Below, one piece after another: positions 37,844-45,917 of a stretch of 64,000 nucleotides of DNA (positions are counted from its first letter, which is position 1; each line of letters begins with the position of its first letter). This DNA is from Acutalibacteraceae bacterium (GTDB lineage Bacteria; Bacillota; Clostridia; Oscillospirales; Acutalibacteraceae). Location of the stretch: positions 279 to 64,278 of the forward strand of contig JAZQEE010000066.1 of assembly GCA_045538815.1 (NCBI GenBank). The letters are read 5' to 3'. The notes below the pieces were generated by a model. The model was given only the letters and a program-made list of their open reading frames with translations. It was not told where the DNA came from and did no database searches. The position numbers and the translations under genes were made by a program.

Positions 37844-39055
37844 ATGGCAGCATCAACTTTATACAAGGCATATTGCCGTACATATCAGGGCATTTTCAGA
37901 GTTGCGGTTAATTTTCTTAACTGGAAAGAGCCTGAACTTGTAAAGGGAGCGGGCAGCGTTAAAAAGCTTCCCGAGGTTGTCAAGAAAAACGGACACAACA
38001 GCGTTCTTGTTGTTACGGATAAGGGCCTTATGGGTCTTCATCTTCTTGACGGACTCTTTGAAGGTCTTGATAATTCGGGCGTTAAGTATGCGGTTTATGA
38101 CGGAACTCAGCCTAACCCCACAATTGATAATATTGAAGAAGCAAGGCAGCTTTATGTTGATAATAACTGCTCTGCCGTTGTTGCTTTCGGCGGCGGCTCA
38201 CCCATGGACTGCGCAAAGGTTGCGGCGGCAAGAATTGCACGCCCCGGAACCAGCGTCCAGAAGATGCGAGGAACTCTCAAAATCCTCAAGAAGCTTCCCA
38301 CCATTTATGCTGTTCCCACAACTGCAGGCACAGGCTCAGAAACAACAATTGCAGCTGTTGTTTCCGACCCCAAAACACACGAAAAATATGCTCTTCAGGA
38401 TCCCGTTCTCCGTCCCAAATATGCGGTTCTTGATCCTGAGCTTACCGTTGGTCTTCCTCCCCACATAACCTCAACAACAGGCATGGATGCACTTACCCAT
38501 GCTGTTGAAGCTTATATCGGACACAGCAACACCAAAGGCACTGCTGAGGCAGCAAGAAAAGCAACAAGAATGATTTTTGACAATATTCTCAAGGTTTACG
38601 AGAACGGCAAGGATATCAAGGCAAGAGAAAATATGCTTGAGGCTTCTTATCTTGCAGGTATCGCATTCACAAGAGCTTATGTCGGATATGTTCATGCAAT
38701 TGCCCATAACCTCGGCGGTATGTACGGAACTCCTCACGGACTTGCAAATGCGGTTATTCTTCCTTATGTTCTTGAGTATTTCGGTGCATCGGCTTATAAA
38801 TCACTCGCTGAACTCGCTGATGTCGCAGGCCTTGAGACTGCAGGCATGGATGAAGCTGCAAAGGCAAAGCTCTTCATTGCCAAGGTAAAAGAAATGAATA
38901 AGCTTCTCAATATCCCCGAGCATCTCGAAATTCAGGAGAAGGATATTCCCACAATTGCAAAGAGAGCTCTCAGAGAAGGCAATCCTCTTTATCCCGTACC
39001 GAAGATCATGGATTATGATGATTGCGTAGCATTGATCAGAAAAATTGCAAAATAA
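37844..39055 (+). CDS. iron-containing (group III) alcohol dehydrogenase
   Basis: GGGSPMDCAK, TTAGTGSE and His-rich metal site motifs (HAIAHNLGG). Confidence 0.9.
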   Translation: MAASTLYKAYCRTYQGIFRVAVNFLNWKEPELVKGAGSVKKLPEVVKKNGHNSVLVVTDKGLMGLHLLDGLFEGLDNSGVKYAVYDGTQPNPTIDNIEEARQLYVDNNCSAVVAFGGGSPMDCAKVAAARIARPGTSVQKMRGTLKILKKLPTIYAVPTTAGTGSETTIAAVVSDPKTHEKYALQDPVLRPKYAVLDPELTVGLPPHITSTTGMDALTHAVEAYIGHSNTKGTAEAARKATRMIFDNILKVYENGKDIKARENMLEASYLAGIAFTRAYVGYVHAIAHNLGGMYGTPHGLANAVILPYVLEYFGASAYKSLAELADVAGLETAGMDEAAKAKLFIAKVKEMNKLLNIPEHLEIQEKDIPTIAKRALREGNPLYPVPKIMDYDDCVALIRKIAK

Positions 39056-39096
39056 ACAGTCGGCAGGACTGTTTCGTAATAATCAGGGGTGACAAT

Positions 39097-40374
39097 ATGA
39101 ATATCAGAAAAGCAGTCAGCTTCGTTATGGCTTTTGTTATGATCTTTTCTGCCTGCGGCGTTGGTGCTTTTGCGCAGAATAACATCAGCAATCCTAAAAA
39201 CGATGCCCCATTTGTGTTTGTTCATGGTCTGAACGGCTGGGGTGAAGCAGATAATATCAACAAAATTGTTTCCTATTGGGGAGCAACAACGGGCGATCTT
39301 ATGCAGTACCTTCGGCAAGAAGGCTATGAATGCTATTCGGCATCGCTCGGACCTATAAACAGCGTGTGGGACAGAGCATGCGACCTTTATGCTCAGATTA
39401 TCGGTTCAACCGTTGACTACGGCGAGGCGCATTCAAAGAAATATAACCACGCCAGATACGGCAGAACATATTCCGATGCACTTGTTCCTGATTGGGGCAA
39501 GCTTGATGAAGCAGGCAAAATCAAGCAGATTCATCTTATCGGTCACAGCTACGGCGGCGCAACTGTCAGAATGCTCGTTCATCTTCTGACGCAGGGTAGT
39601 GACGAGGAAAGAGCGGTTACGCCCTCGGATAAGATTTCCGGTCTTTTCACCGGAGGCAAAAGCAATTGGGTCAAGAGCACAACGGCAATCTGCACTCCGC
39701 ACAACAGTTCAACGATTTATTATCCTCTCGACGCTTTCGGAATTGTTGATGTCATTGCGTTTATGAGTTATCTTTGTATCGGTATTGTCGGCAGAGGGCC
39801 GCTAAACGGTATACTGATTGATTTCCATATGGAGCAGTACGGTCTCTCGGAAGTGCCCGGCAGCAATGAAGCGACAGGTTTGTTCAAGGCTATCAGAAAC
39901 ACTCTTGCAAGTGAAGAGGACTCCTGCGCACATGACCTGACTCCCGAGGGTGCCCGTAAGCTTAATGAAGAGATTGAAATAAGCGATGATGTTTATTATT
40001 TCTCATATCCGTTTTCAACAACGAAAACTGTTCCGGTTCTTGGAATTGAAGTTCCGGGTCTGAAAACCAATCCCTTGATTTCGCTTACTGCGTTGATGAT
40101 GGGCGTTATGAGTTTCAAGGATCCGGATACGGGCTTTGTCTATGATAAGTCGTGGCTTGAAAACGATGCACTCGTCAACACTGAGAGCTCAAAATATCCT
40201 CTCGATGAGCCGTTTACCGAATTCAATCCGCAGAGCATCAACAAGGGTGTGTGGAACGTTATGCCGGTCAGAGAGGGCGATCACGGCGATGCGATCGGTC
40301 TTTTTGCAAATAAAACCGAAACTCACGAATTCTATCTCGAAATGTGCGAAATGCTTAACGAACTTCCCGCGTAA
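39097..40374 (+). CDS. secreted triacylglycerol lipase, family I.5/I.6-like
   Basis: ATG at 39097 after a CAGGGGTGA RBS. Signal peptide MNIRKAVSFVMAFVMIFSACGVGAFA. PFVFVHGLNGWG, WDRACDLYAQIIGSTVDYGEAHS and GHSYGG align motif for motif with Geobacillus/Staphylococcus lipases (from memory). Confidence 0.85.
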   Translation: MNIRKAVSFVMAFVMIFSACGVGAFAQNNISNPKNDAPFVFVHGLNGWGEADNINKIVSYWGATTGDLMQYLRQEGYECYSASLGPINSVWDRACDLYAQIIGSTVDYGEAHSKKYNHARYGRTYSDALVPDWGKLDEAGKIKQIHLIGHSYGGATVRMLVHLLTQGSDEERAVTPSDKISGLFTGGKSNWVKSTTAICTPHNSSTIYYPLDAFGIVDVIAFMSYLCIGIVGRGPLNGILIDFHMEQYGLSEVPGSNEATGLFKAIRNTLASEEDSCAHDLTPEGARKLNEEIEISDDVYYFSYPFSTTKTVPVLGIEVPGLKTNPLISLTALMMGVMSFKDPDTGFVYDKSWLENDALVNTESSKYPLDEPFTEFNPQSINKGVWNVMPVREGDHGDAIGLFANKTETHEFYLEMCEMLNELPA

Positions 40375-40386
40375 CACAATATCAGA

Positions 40387-40418
40387 AAGGGCGGTTTCCG
40401 AAACCGCCCTTGTTTTTT
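40387..40418 (+). terminator. rho-independent terminator after the lipase gene
   Basis: AAGGGCGGTTTC / GAAACCGCCCTT stem followed by GTTTTTT. Confidence 0.85.
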
Positions 40419-40432
40419 GAAAGGTGAAAGCT

Positions 40433-41503
40433 ATGAAAGTTAAAAGAATTATGAGCGTTCTTCTCACAGTATTACTTGCGTTCGGATGTGTGATGCCATC
40501 ATACGCCGCTGCAACTGAAAATGCGGCAGGAGTCAGCAAGATCGTAAGAACAATTGAAGGCTGCATTGAAACAATATCAAGAGCTCTGAGAAGCAATTTT
40601 GAAGGCAAGAATTATGATGCGTATACTGCGCTTTGCGATATCCCCGAAACAGAAAACGGCTATGTGCCTCAGGGCTTTTGCTACAGCGAAACAACCGACT
40701 GCTATTACATTTCCTATTACCATAAAACCGAGGCTTCAATAATCTCGGTTATTGATGCGAAAAGCGGTGAAAAAATAAAAACTCTCAACCTTAAGAAGTC
40801 AAACGGCGACAACTTCACGGGTCATGCGGGCGGAATTGCCGAGGACGGTGCATTTTTCTATGTATGCCACGGCTCAAAGATTTACAGACTTACTCTTGCC
40901 GAGCTTGCTCTTGCACCCGACGGCGGCAATCTTTATCTTATAAGCAGTATTCTTACTGATGTCAAATGCTCATATCTCAACAGCGACGGTGAGTATCTCT
41001 ATGCGGGCGAATTCTATGTCTTTGACAGCGACGGAAGCTATGATACGGATGCATCTCATCATATGAAAATTTCGCTTTTTGAAACAACCTACAGCCGTTG
41101 CAACGCATATAAACTCAGCGATATTGCAGCTGATTTTTCAAAAGGGCAGGAAGCAATCAGCGTTCCCGCCTATGCTCTTACAACGCCAAACAGCGTTCAG
41201 GGCTTCGCAAGAACGGAAAACGGCGGATTTGCTCTTGCAACCTCTTTCGGCAGAAACAATAATTCATATCTTAAGATTTATGACGATGTGACTGCGGGCG
41301 AAGCTGATTTTGAGATTGATTATGACGGCAAAAAGATTCCCGCTTATCATCTGAAAAAATCTGACAGAACAGAAAATCTCTGTCAGCCTCCCATGCTTGA
41401 GGGCATCGATGACAGAAACGGTAAGGTGCTCGGAATCTTTGAATCGGGTGCAAAAACCTACAGCGATTCAAAGTTCATTGTAAACAAAGTGTGCGAATTC
41501 TGA
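40433..41503 (+). CDS. secreted protein of unknown function
   Basis: Long ORF with a signal peptide (MKVKRIMSVLLTVLLAFGCVMPSYAAA) and ordinary codon usage. I recognise no catalytic motif. Start is ATG 40433 or GTG 40424. Confidence 0.6.
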   Translation: MKVKRIMSVLLTVLLAFGCVMPSYAAATENAAGVSKIVRTIEGCIETISRALRSNFEGKNYDAYTALCDIPETENGYVPQGFCYSETTDCYYISYYHKTEASIISVIDAKSGEKIKTLNLKKSNGDNFTGHAGGIAEDGAFFYVCHGSKIYRLTLAELALAPDGGNLYLISSILTDVKCSYLNSDGEYLYAGEFYVFDSDGSYDTDASHHMKISLFETTYSRCNAYKLSDIAADFSKGQEAISVPAYALTTPNSVQGFARTENGGFALATSFGRNNNSYLKIYDDVTAGEADFEIDYDGKKIPAYHLKKSDRTENLCQPPMLEGIDDRNGKVLGIFESGAKTYSDSKFIVNKVCEF

Positions 41504-41522
41504 AATAAAGAAGGTCGGAAAG

Positions 41523-42374
41523 ATGGAAAATAAAGAAAAAACAGCCTTTCTGCTTGAAGGCGGAGGAATGAGAGGGCTTTATACTGCAGGTGTGCTTGAT
41601 GTTTTCATGGACGAAGATATCAGAACAGACTGCATTATGGGCGTTTCGGCAGGTGCTCTTTTCAGCACGGGCTACAAATCCCGTCAGAGGGGCAGAACGC
41701 TGCGTTATAACCTTAAGTATGTCAGGGATAAAAGATATATGAGTTTTTATTCGCTGATAACTACGGGCGATCTTGTCAACAGAGAATTCTGTTATATTAC
41801 AATTCCGAAAGAGCTTGATATTTTCGATAACGAAACATATATGAACACACCCGAAGATTTTTACTGCGTTGTAACCAACCTTGAAACGGGTGAGGCTGAA
41901 TATATCAGGCTTACCGACCTTGAAGCGCAGATGGATATTCTCCGTGCATCGGGCTCGCTTCCGTTTGTTTCGAGACCCGTTGAAATCGGCGAAAAAAAAT
42001 ATCTTGACGGCGGAATTGCCGATAGTATTCCCATTGAAAAGATAACCGAAATGGGTTACGGAAAGATTGTTGTTGTTCTGACACGGCATGCGGGCTATCG
42101 CAAAGAAGAAAAAGGAATGGCGCCCGCAAAGTTTTTCTACCGCAAATATCCCAAGCTTGTTGAAGCTCTTGACAGAAGAAATGCCGAATATAACAGACAG
42201 ATTGATTTGGTTGAAAAGCTTGAAAAAGAGGGGAAGATATTTGTTATCAGACCGTCTGAAGAGCTTAAGCTGAGCAGGGTTGAAAAGAACCCTGAGCGTC
42301 TGCAGGCAGTCTATGACATCGGCGTAAAAGATACAAAAAAATGCATTGAAAAACTGAAAGAATATCTTGAATAA
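41523..42374 (+). CDS. patatin-like phospholipase
   Basis: Oxyanion motif GGGMRG, nucleophile GVSAGA (GxSxG) and catalytic Asp in YLDGGIADSIP. No signal peptide. Confidence 0.9.
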   Translation: MENKEKTAFLLEGGGMRGLYTAGVLDVFMDEDIRTDCIMGVSAGALFSTGYKSRQRGRTLRYNLKYVRDKRYMSFYSLITTGDLVNREFCYITIPKELDIFDNETYMNTPEDFYCVVTNLETGEAEYIRLTDLEAQMDILRASGSLPFVSRPVEIGEKKYLDGGIADSIPIEKITEMGYGKIVVVLTRHAGYRKEEKGMAPAKFFYRKYPKLVEALDRRNAEYNRQIDLVEKLEKEGKIFVIRPSEELKLSRVEKNPERLQAVYDIGVKDTKKCIEKLKEYLE

Positions 42375-42397
42375 TTTGATATACGGAGGTTGTACTT

Positions 42398-43657
42398 ATG
42401 AAAAAAGCATTCAGAAAAGCAATATCAATTCTGCTCGTTGCCGTTATGTTTTTCGGCGCAGCACCCCTTGCGGGGTTCATCGGTCTTGAACTGCCCGAAA
42501 TCAATCTTTTCGCCACCAAAGCAGAGGCGGCAAAAGAAGGATATTACACATATTCTGTTTCGAATGGCGAAGCAGCAATAACAAATGCTGACACATCAAT
42601 CAGCGGAGATATTGTTATTCCCTCAACCCTCGGCGGTTATCCCGTAACAAGCATTGGGAATATGGCATTCGCCTATTGCTCAAGTCTTGAAAGCATAACA
42701 ATCGGTAAAGGCGTAACAAGCATTGGGGATATGGCATTCGCTTATTGCTTAAGCCTTGAAAGCATAACAATCGGTAAAGGCGTAACAAGCATTGGGGATA
42801 TGGCATTCGCTTATTGCTTAAGCCTAAAAAATATAACGGTAGATTCTGAAAACACTGCATTTTCAAGCGATGAAAATGGAGTATTATATAATAAAGCTAA
42901 AACAAAAATAATACAGTATCCTATTGCTGACACAAGAACAAGTTATGTAATCTCCGATAGCGTAACCGGCATAGGTTTTGCAGCATTTGCTTTTTGTGAG
43001 AACCTTGAAAGTATAACAATCGGCAAAGGCATAACAAACATTGAAGCAGCCGCATTCTCCGGTTGCACAAATCTTAAAAGTATAACAATTCCCAAAAGCT
43101 TAACGGTAATCGGCTCAAATGTTTTTCCCGCATGCGATAATATCAAGGATGTTTTTTATGAAGGCTCAAAAACTGATTGGAAAAATGTCGGAATAGGTTC
43201 AAATAACGGAACTATTTTAACTGCAAAGGTTCATTATAACTACAGATATAGCGGCGGCTCAACGGAAATTCCCGATAACACACCCGTTTATGATTCATCT
43301 TTAACCGATAACAACCTTATGCCCACACCCACTGAAACAATAATCAGCTACGGCGACTCAATTGTTCTTCACGTTGACCCTGCAAAAATCCCCGAGGGCG
43401 GCAAGGTTAAATGGTATGCAAGCAACGAAAACTTCACATATTCCGTATCTTCATTCGGAACAACCTGCACAATTTCACCCGACAAGAGCGGCGACACAAT
43501 CTTCACCGCCATTGTTTATGACGCAGAGGGCAATATCGTTTCTGCCGATAAGCAGGAAATGACCTCAAAAGCAGGCTTTTTTGATAAGTTTATCGCATTT
43601 TTCAAAAAACTGTTTGGATTAACAAAAACAATTCCCGAAGCAATCAAGAGTATATAA
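42398..43657 (+). CDS. BspA-type leucine-rich-repeat surface protein
   Basis: N-terminal signal/TM (ISILLVAVMFFGAAPLAGF). Repeated 23-aa units (xxIGxxAFxxCxxLxSITIxxxVT) are typical of the bacterial LRR_5/BspA family. Confidence 0.8.
   Translation: MKKAFRKAISILLVAVMFFGAAPLAGFIGLELPEINLFATKAEAAKEGYYTYSVSNGEAAITNADTSISGDIVIPSTLGGYPVTSIGNMAFAYCSSLESITIGKGVTSIGDMAFAYCLSLESITIGKGVTSIGDMAFAYCLSLKNITVDSENTAFSSDENGVLYNKAKTKIIQYPIADTRTSYVISDSVTGIGFAAFAFCENLESITIGKGITNIEAAAFSGCTNLKSITIPKSLTVIGSNVFPACDNIKDVFYEGSKTDWKNVGIGSNNGTILTAKVHYNYRYSGGSTEIPDNTPVYDSSLTDNNLMPTPTETIISYGDSIVLHVDPAKIPEGGKVKWYASNENFTYSVSSFGTTCTISPDKSGDTIFTAIVYDAEGNIVSADKQEMTSKAGFFDKFIAFFKKLFGLTKTIPEAIKSI
42648..42825 (+). repeat. tandem 69-bp in-frame repeat (2.6 copies) within the LRR gene
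   Basis: The 69-bp unit at 42717-42785 is repeated identically for 40 bp at 42786-42825. A slightly diverged copy precedes it at 42648-42716. Confidence 0.9.
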
Positions 43658-43661
43658 AAAG

Positions 43662-43697
43662 ATACCCCGAAGATTTCAAACCGAATCTTCGGGGTAT
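43662..43697. terminator. bidirectional hairpin between convergent genes
   Basis: ATACCCCGAAGATT / AATCTTCGGGGTAT, a 14-bp perfect stem. Confidence 0.8.
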
Positions 43698-43712
43698 GTT
43701 ATGTCTTAATGC

Positions 43713-44153
43713 TTATTCAACTGTAACTGTTCCGTCTTCTGCAACGGTAATCTTCATTCCGTCCTTAACGTAGTCAAGGAATTCCTGACCGAGGCAGTCA
43801 ACAGTAATCATGGGCTCTTCTGCCCATACGGCGCCGAGAACTGCGCCTGCGCATGCAAGGGAGTCAATATGCTCTGAGAAAAGCATGCATTTGGGGTTTC
43901 TCTTCATAACGTTTGCGCAGTAGAGAACCATGCCGCCTGTTGTTGAGCCGATTGTCTGGGGGAGGCAGAGTGCTGTTCCGACCATGGGCTTGCCGTAAAG
44001 GTCAGCGTTGTTCTGATCGCCGCATTTTGCTTCCTTATCGCCGAACTGAAGTGCGTTCTGGAAAGAGGCAAGAGTGTTGAAACCGCCGTGAGAAACAAGA
44101 GCGGTAGCTGTGCAGGAGCCTGCACATACGGGGCGTCCTTTAAACTGTTTCAT
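43713..44153 (-). CDS. aconitase X swivel-domain small subunit (DUF126)
   Basis: 146 aa. The pattern G...A.G.ALVS...F......GKPMVG.ALCLP...GSTTGGMVL matches DUF126. AGGAGG RBS lies inside the end of the upstream gene. ATG is 1 nt after the large-subunit stop. Confidence 0.8.
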   Translation of the reverse strand: MKQFKGRPVCAGSCTATALVSHGGFNTLASFQNALQFGDKEAKCGDQNNADLYGKPMVGTALCLPQTIGSTTGGMVLYCANVMKRNPKCMLFSEHIDSLACAGAVLGAVWAEEPMITVDCLGQEFLDYVKDGMKITVAEDGTVTVE

Positions 44154-44154
44154 C

Positions 44155-45441
44155 TTACTTTACCTCCTTTGTGATTATGTCAAGAATCTCGTCACTCTTG
44201 TAGTAACGGGAAGTTGTGTATGTTCTGAGCTTGTTTGAGTTTGTGATAACGGGCATCTTCTTGCAAAGAGGATTGTTCATATACATAAGCGGGCAGATGT
44301 AGCTGAGAATAACGCCTGTTGCCTTAAGCTTTGCAGCATAGGGAGTCTTGTTGAATTCTTCAACAACTGCGGGAGCGGCGGTGAATACTGTGGGAACGGA
44401 AACCTTCTTGAGACCGTTCTTCTTAAGACCTGCAACAACGTTGTCTGTCCACTCGATAAGCTGAGCGTGTGAAAGATGGGGGCAGCCGATGAAGCAAAGC
44501 TTGGGTGTGGCATTCTTGTCTTTCCACATAACGGGGTAGTTAGCCTGAACTCTTTCAAGCTCTGCATCGTCAACAACATAAACCTGAGCGCCTTCAGCGA
44601 TGAGGCTTTCGCCTGACTCAACAGCTTCGGGAGTAAGGTTTTCAACGTGGTAAAGACCTACAGCGCCGTTTGAAGCGGTTGCAGCGCCGAAGTCCTTGAG
44701 GTATGCTTTTGTGTCGCCGTCAAGCTCGGTGCCGATCCACTTGTCAAGACCCTTGATGAAGGGAACATCTTCCATAACCTTCATGCCTATTGCGGAGCCG
44801 AGAATCTGAGCTTCGGGCTTCTTGGTTGTCTTGACTTCAACAATCCATGTTGCCTTTCTGCCTTCGTCGGTAACAAGACCGAAATAGGGAACTCTGCCTA
44901 CGATTGAGCCGAAAAGCTCGATAATGCCTGAGTTTCTGTTGCAGCGTGCGCCGAGAACGGAGTTAGCAAAAACAACAGCTGATGACTCTGCCCATGAAAG
45001 AACTTCGCCCTTCTTGGGAACATTGCCTACTTCGTCCATATAGCATGTGCAGGTGTATGACTTATCGTCAATAAGTCCGAGCTTTGAAAGCTGAGCATCG
45101 TAGCTGTCCTGCATGCTGTACATAAACTTATTGAAAATAAGCTTCTGAAGGAAGTTTGCGGGAACGTTTTTGTCAAGAGGCTTGGGGTCAACAGAGAATT
45201 TCTGCTGAGAGAGTGCGCCGCCTTCAATAAGCTGATCCATAAGATCATAAACAGGCTTCATAACCTTAAGACCGAAGCTTGTAACGAGGTGGCCCATCTT
45301 GCTTTCAACAGGAACCATCTTTGTTGCGCCGAAAGCGTCACCGTAAAGAACAAGGGTTTTCATAACCTTTGCCATGGTTTCGCCCTTGGAGCCGTTGAGA
45401 ATGTCCTGCTCTTCCTGGGTGAGAATCATTTTGTAATCCAT
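44155..45441 (-). CDS. aconitase X catalytic large subunit (DUF521)
   Basis: The N-terminus LTQEEQDILNGSKGETMAKVMKTLVLYGDAFGA is the DUF521/AcnX signature. ATG at 45441 (MDYKM) follows a GAAAGGA RBS. Confidence 0.8.
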   Translation of the reverse strand: MDYKMILTQEEQDILNGSKGETMAKVMKTLVLYGDAFGATKMVPVESKMGHLVTSFGLKVMKPVYDLMDQLIEGGALSQQKFSVDPKPLDKNVPANFLQKLIFNKFMYSMQDSYDAQLSKLGLIDDKSYTCTCYMDEVGNVPKKGEVLSWAESSAVVFANSVLGARCNRNSGIIELFGSIVGRVPYFGLVTDEGRKATWIVEVKTTKKPEAQILGSAIGMKVMEDVPFIKGLDKWIGTELDGDTKAYLKDFGAATASNGAVGLYHVENLTPEAVESGESLIAEGAQVYVVDDAELERVQANYPVMWKDKNATPKLCFIGCPHLSHAQLIEWTDNVVAGLKKNGLKKVSVPTVFTAAPAVVEEFNKTPYAAKLKATGVILSYICPLMYMNNPLCKKMPVITNSNKLRTYTTSRYYKSDEILDIITKEVK

Positions 45442-45594
45442 AGTAGCATTATCCTTTCGTTGAATCTGGAAAACTGCAGCCATATAACCGGACCTTGTTT
45501 CCCTTTAACTTATCCTCAAATATTCTAACACCTTGCAAACATAATTTCAATATAAAATTAAAATTTTTGTCACAAAATAAAATCAAATTTATAC

Positions 45595-45623
45595 TTGAAA
45601 AATAAAAATATATATGATACACT
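45595..45623 (+). promoter_or_regulatory. sigma-A type promoter of the pheST T-box leader
   Basis: TTGAAA (45595-45600), 17-nt spacer, TGa-TACACT (45615-45623). Confidence 0.55.
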
Positions 45624-45629
45624 ATCAAA

Positions 45630-45880
45630 GATATTAAAACGCAGTGATCGGGAGAGTAAGCATTTTTTAGGTGCATCAAAGAGAAAATCCGTCAGCGGCT
45701 GAGAGCGGATTATGCACGGAATGCCGAAGTTCACCCGTGAGCGGTGAGGCTGAAATAATCAGTAGGCTTCAACGGCTTGCCCCGTTACGGCAGTCAAGTG
45801 CCCGATTATTTCGGGAACGCAGGGTGGTACCGCGGATTTTATTCGTCCCTCGTCATCTTATGATGATGGGGGATTTTTAA
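45630..45880 (+). promoter_or_regulatory. T-box riboswitch leader, Phe (UUC) specifier
   Basis: Conserved T-box core AACGCAGGGTGGTACCGCG at 45816-45834. Candidate specifier GAAG-TTC-A with TTC at 45730-45732. Terminator hairpin CCCTCGTCATC/GATGATGGGGG plus a T-run at 45846-45877. Lies directly upstream of pheS. Confidence 0.9.
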
Positions 45881-45917
45881 TTTTCAATTCCGTAAATAAT
45901 GAAAGGATGATATAAAA

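Noticed and set aside
41475-42089. 204-aa antisense ORF over the patatin gene
   Set aside because: Shadow ORF opposite a gene with complete patatin catalytic motifs. Its composition is implausible.
42648-42825. Regularly spaced 69-bp repeats considered as a possible CRISPR-like array
   Set aside because: The repeats are directly tandem with no spacers. They are in frame and encode LRR units of a surface protein, and no cas genes are present.
43713-45441. Possibility that the two AcnX ORFs are a frameshifted, pseudogenised fused AcnX
   Set aside because: The small ORF has its own AGGAGG RBS and an ATG 1 nt after a clean stop. Two-subunit AcnX enzymes are a known arrangement.
45449-45880. 76-aa (minus) and 69-aa (plus) ORFs between the acnX operon and pheS
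   Set aside because: The region is explained by two back-to-back promoters and the Phe T-box leader. The plus-strand ORF runs through the T-box core and terminator.
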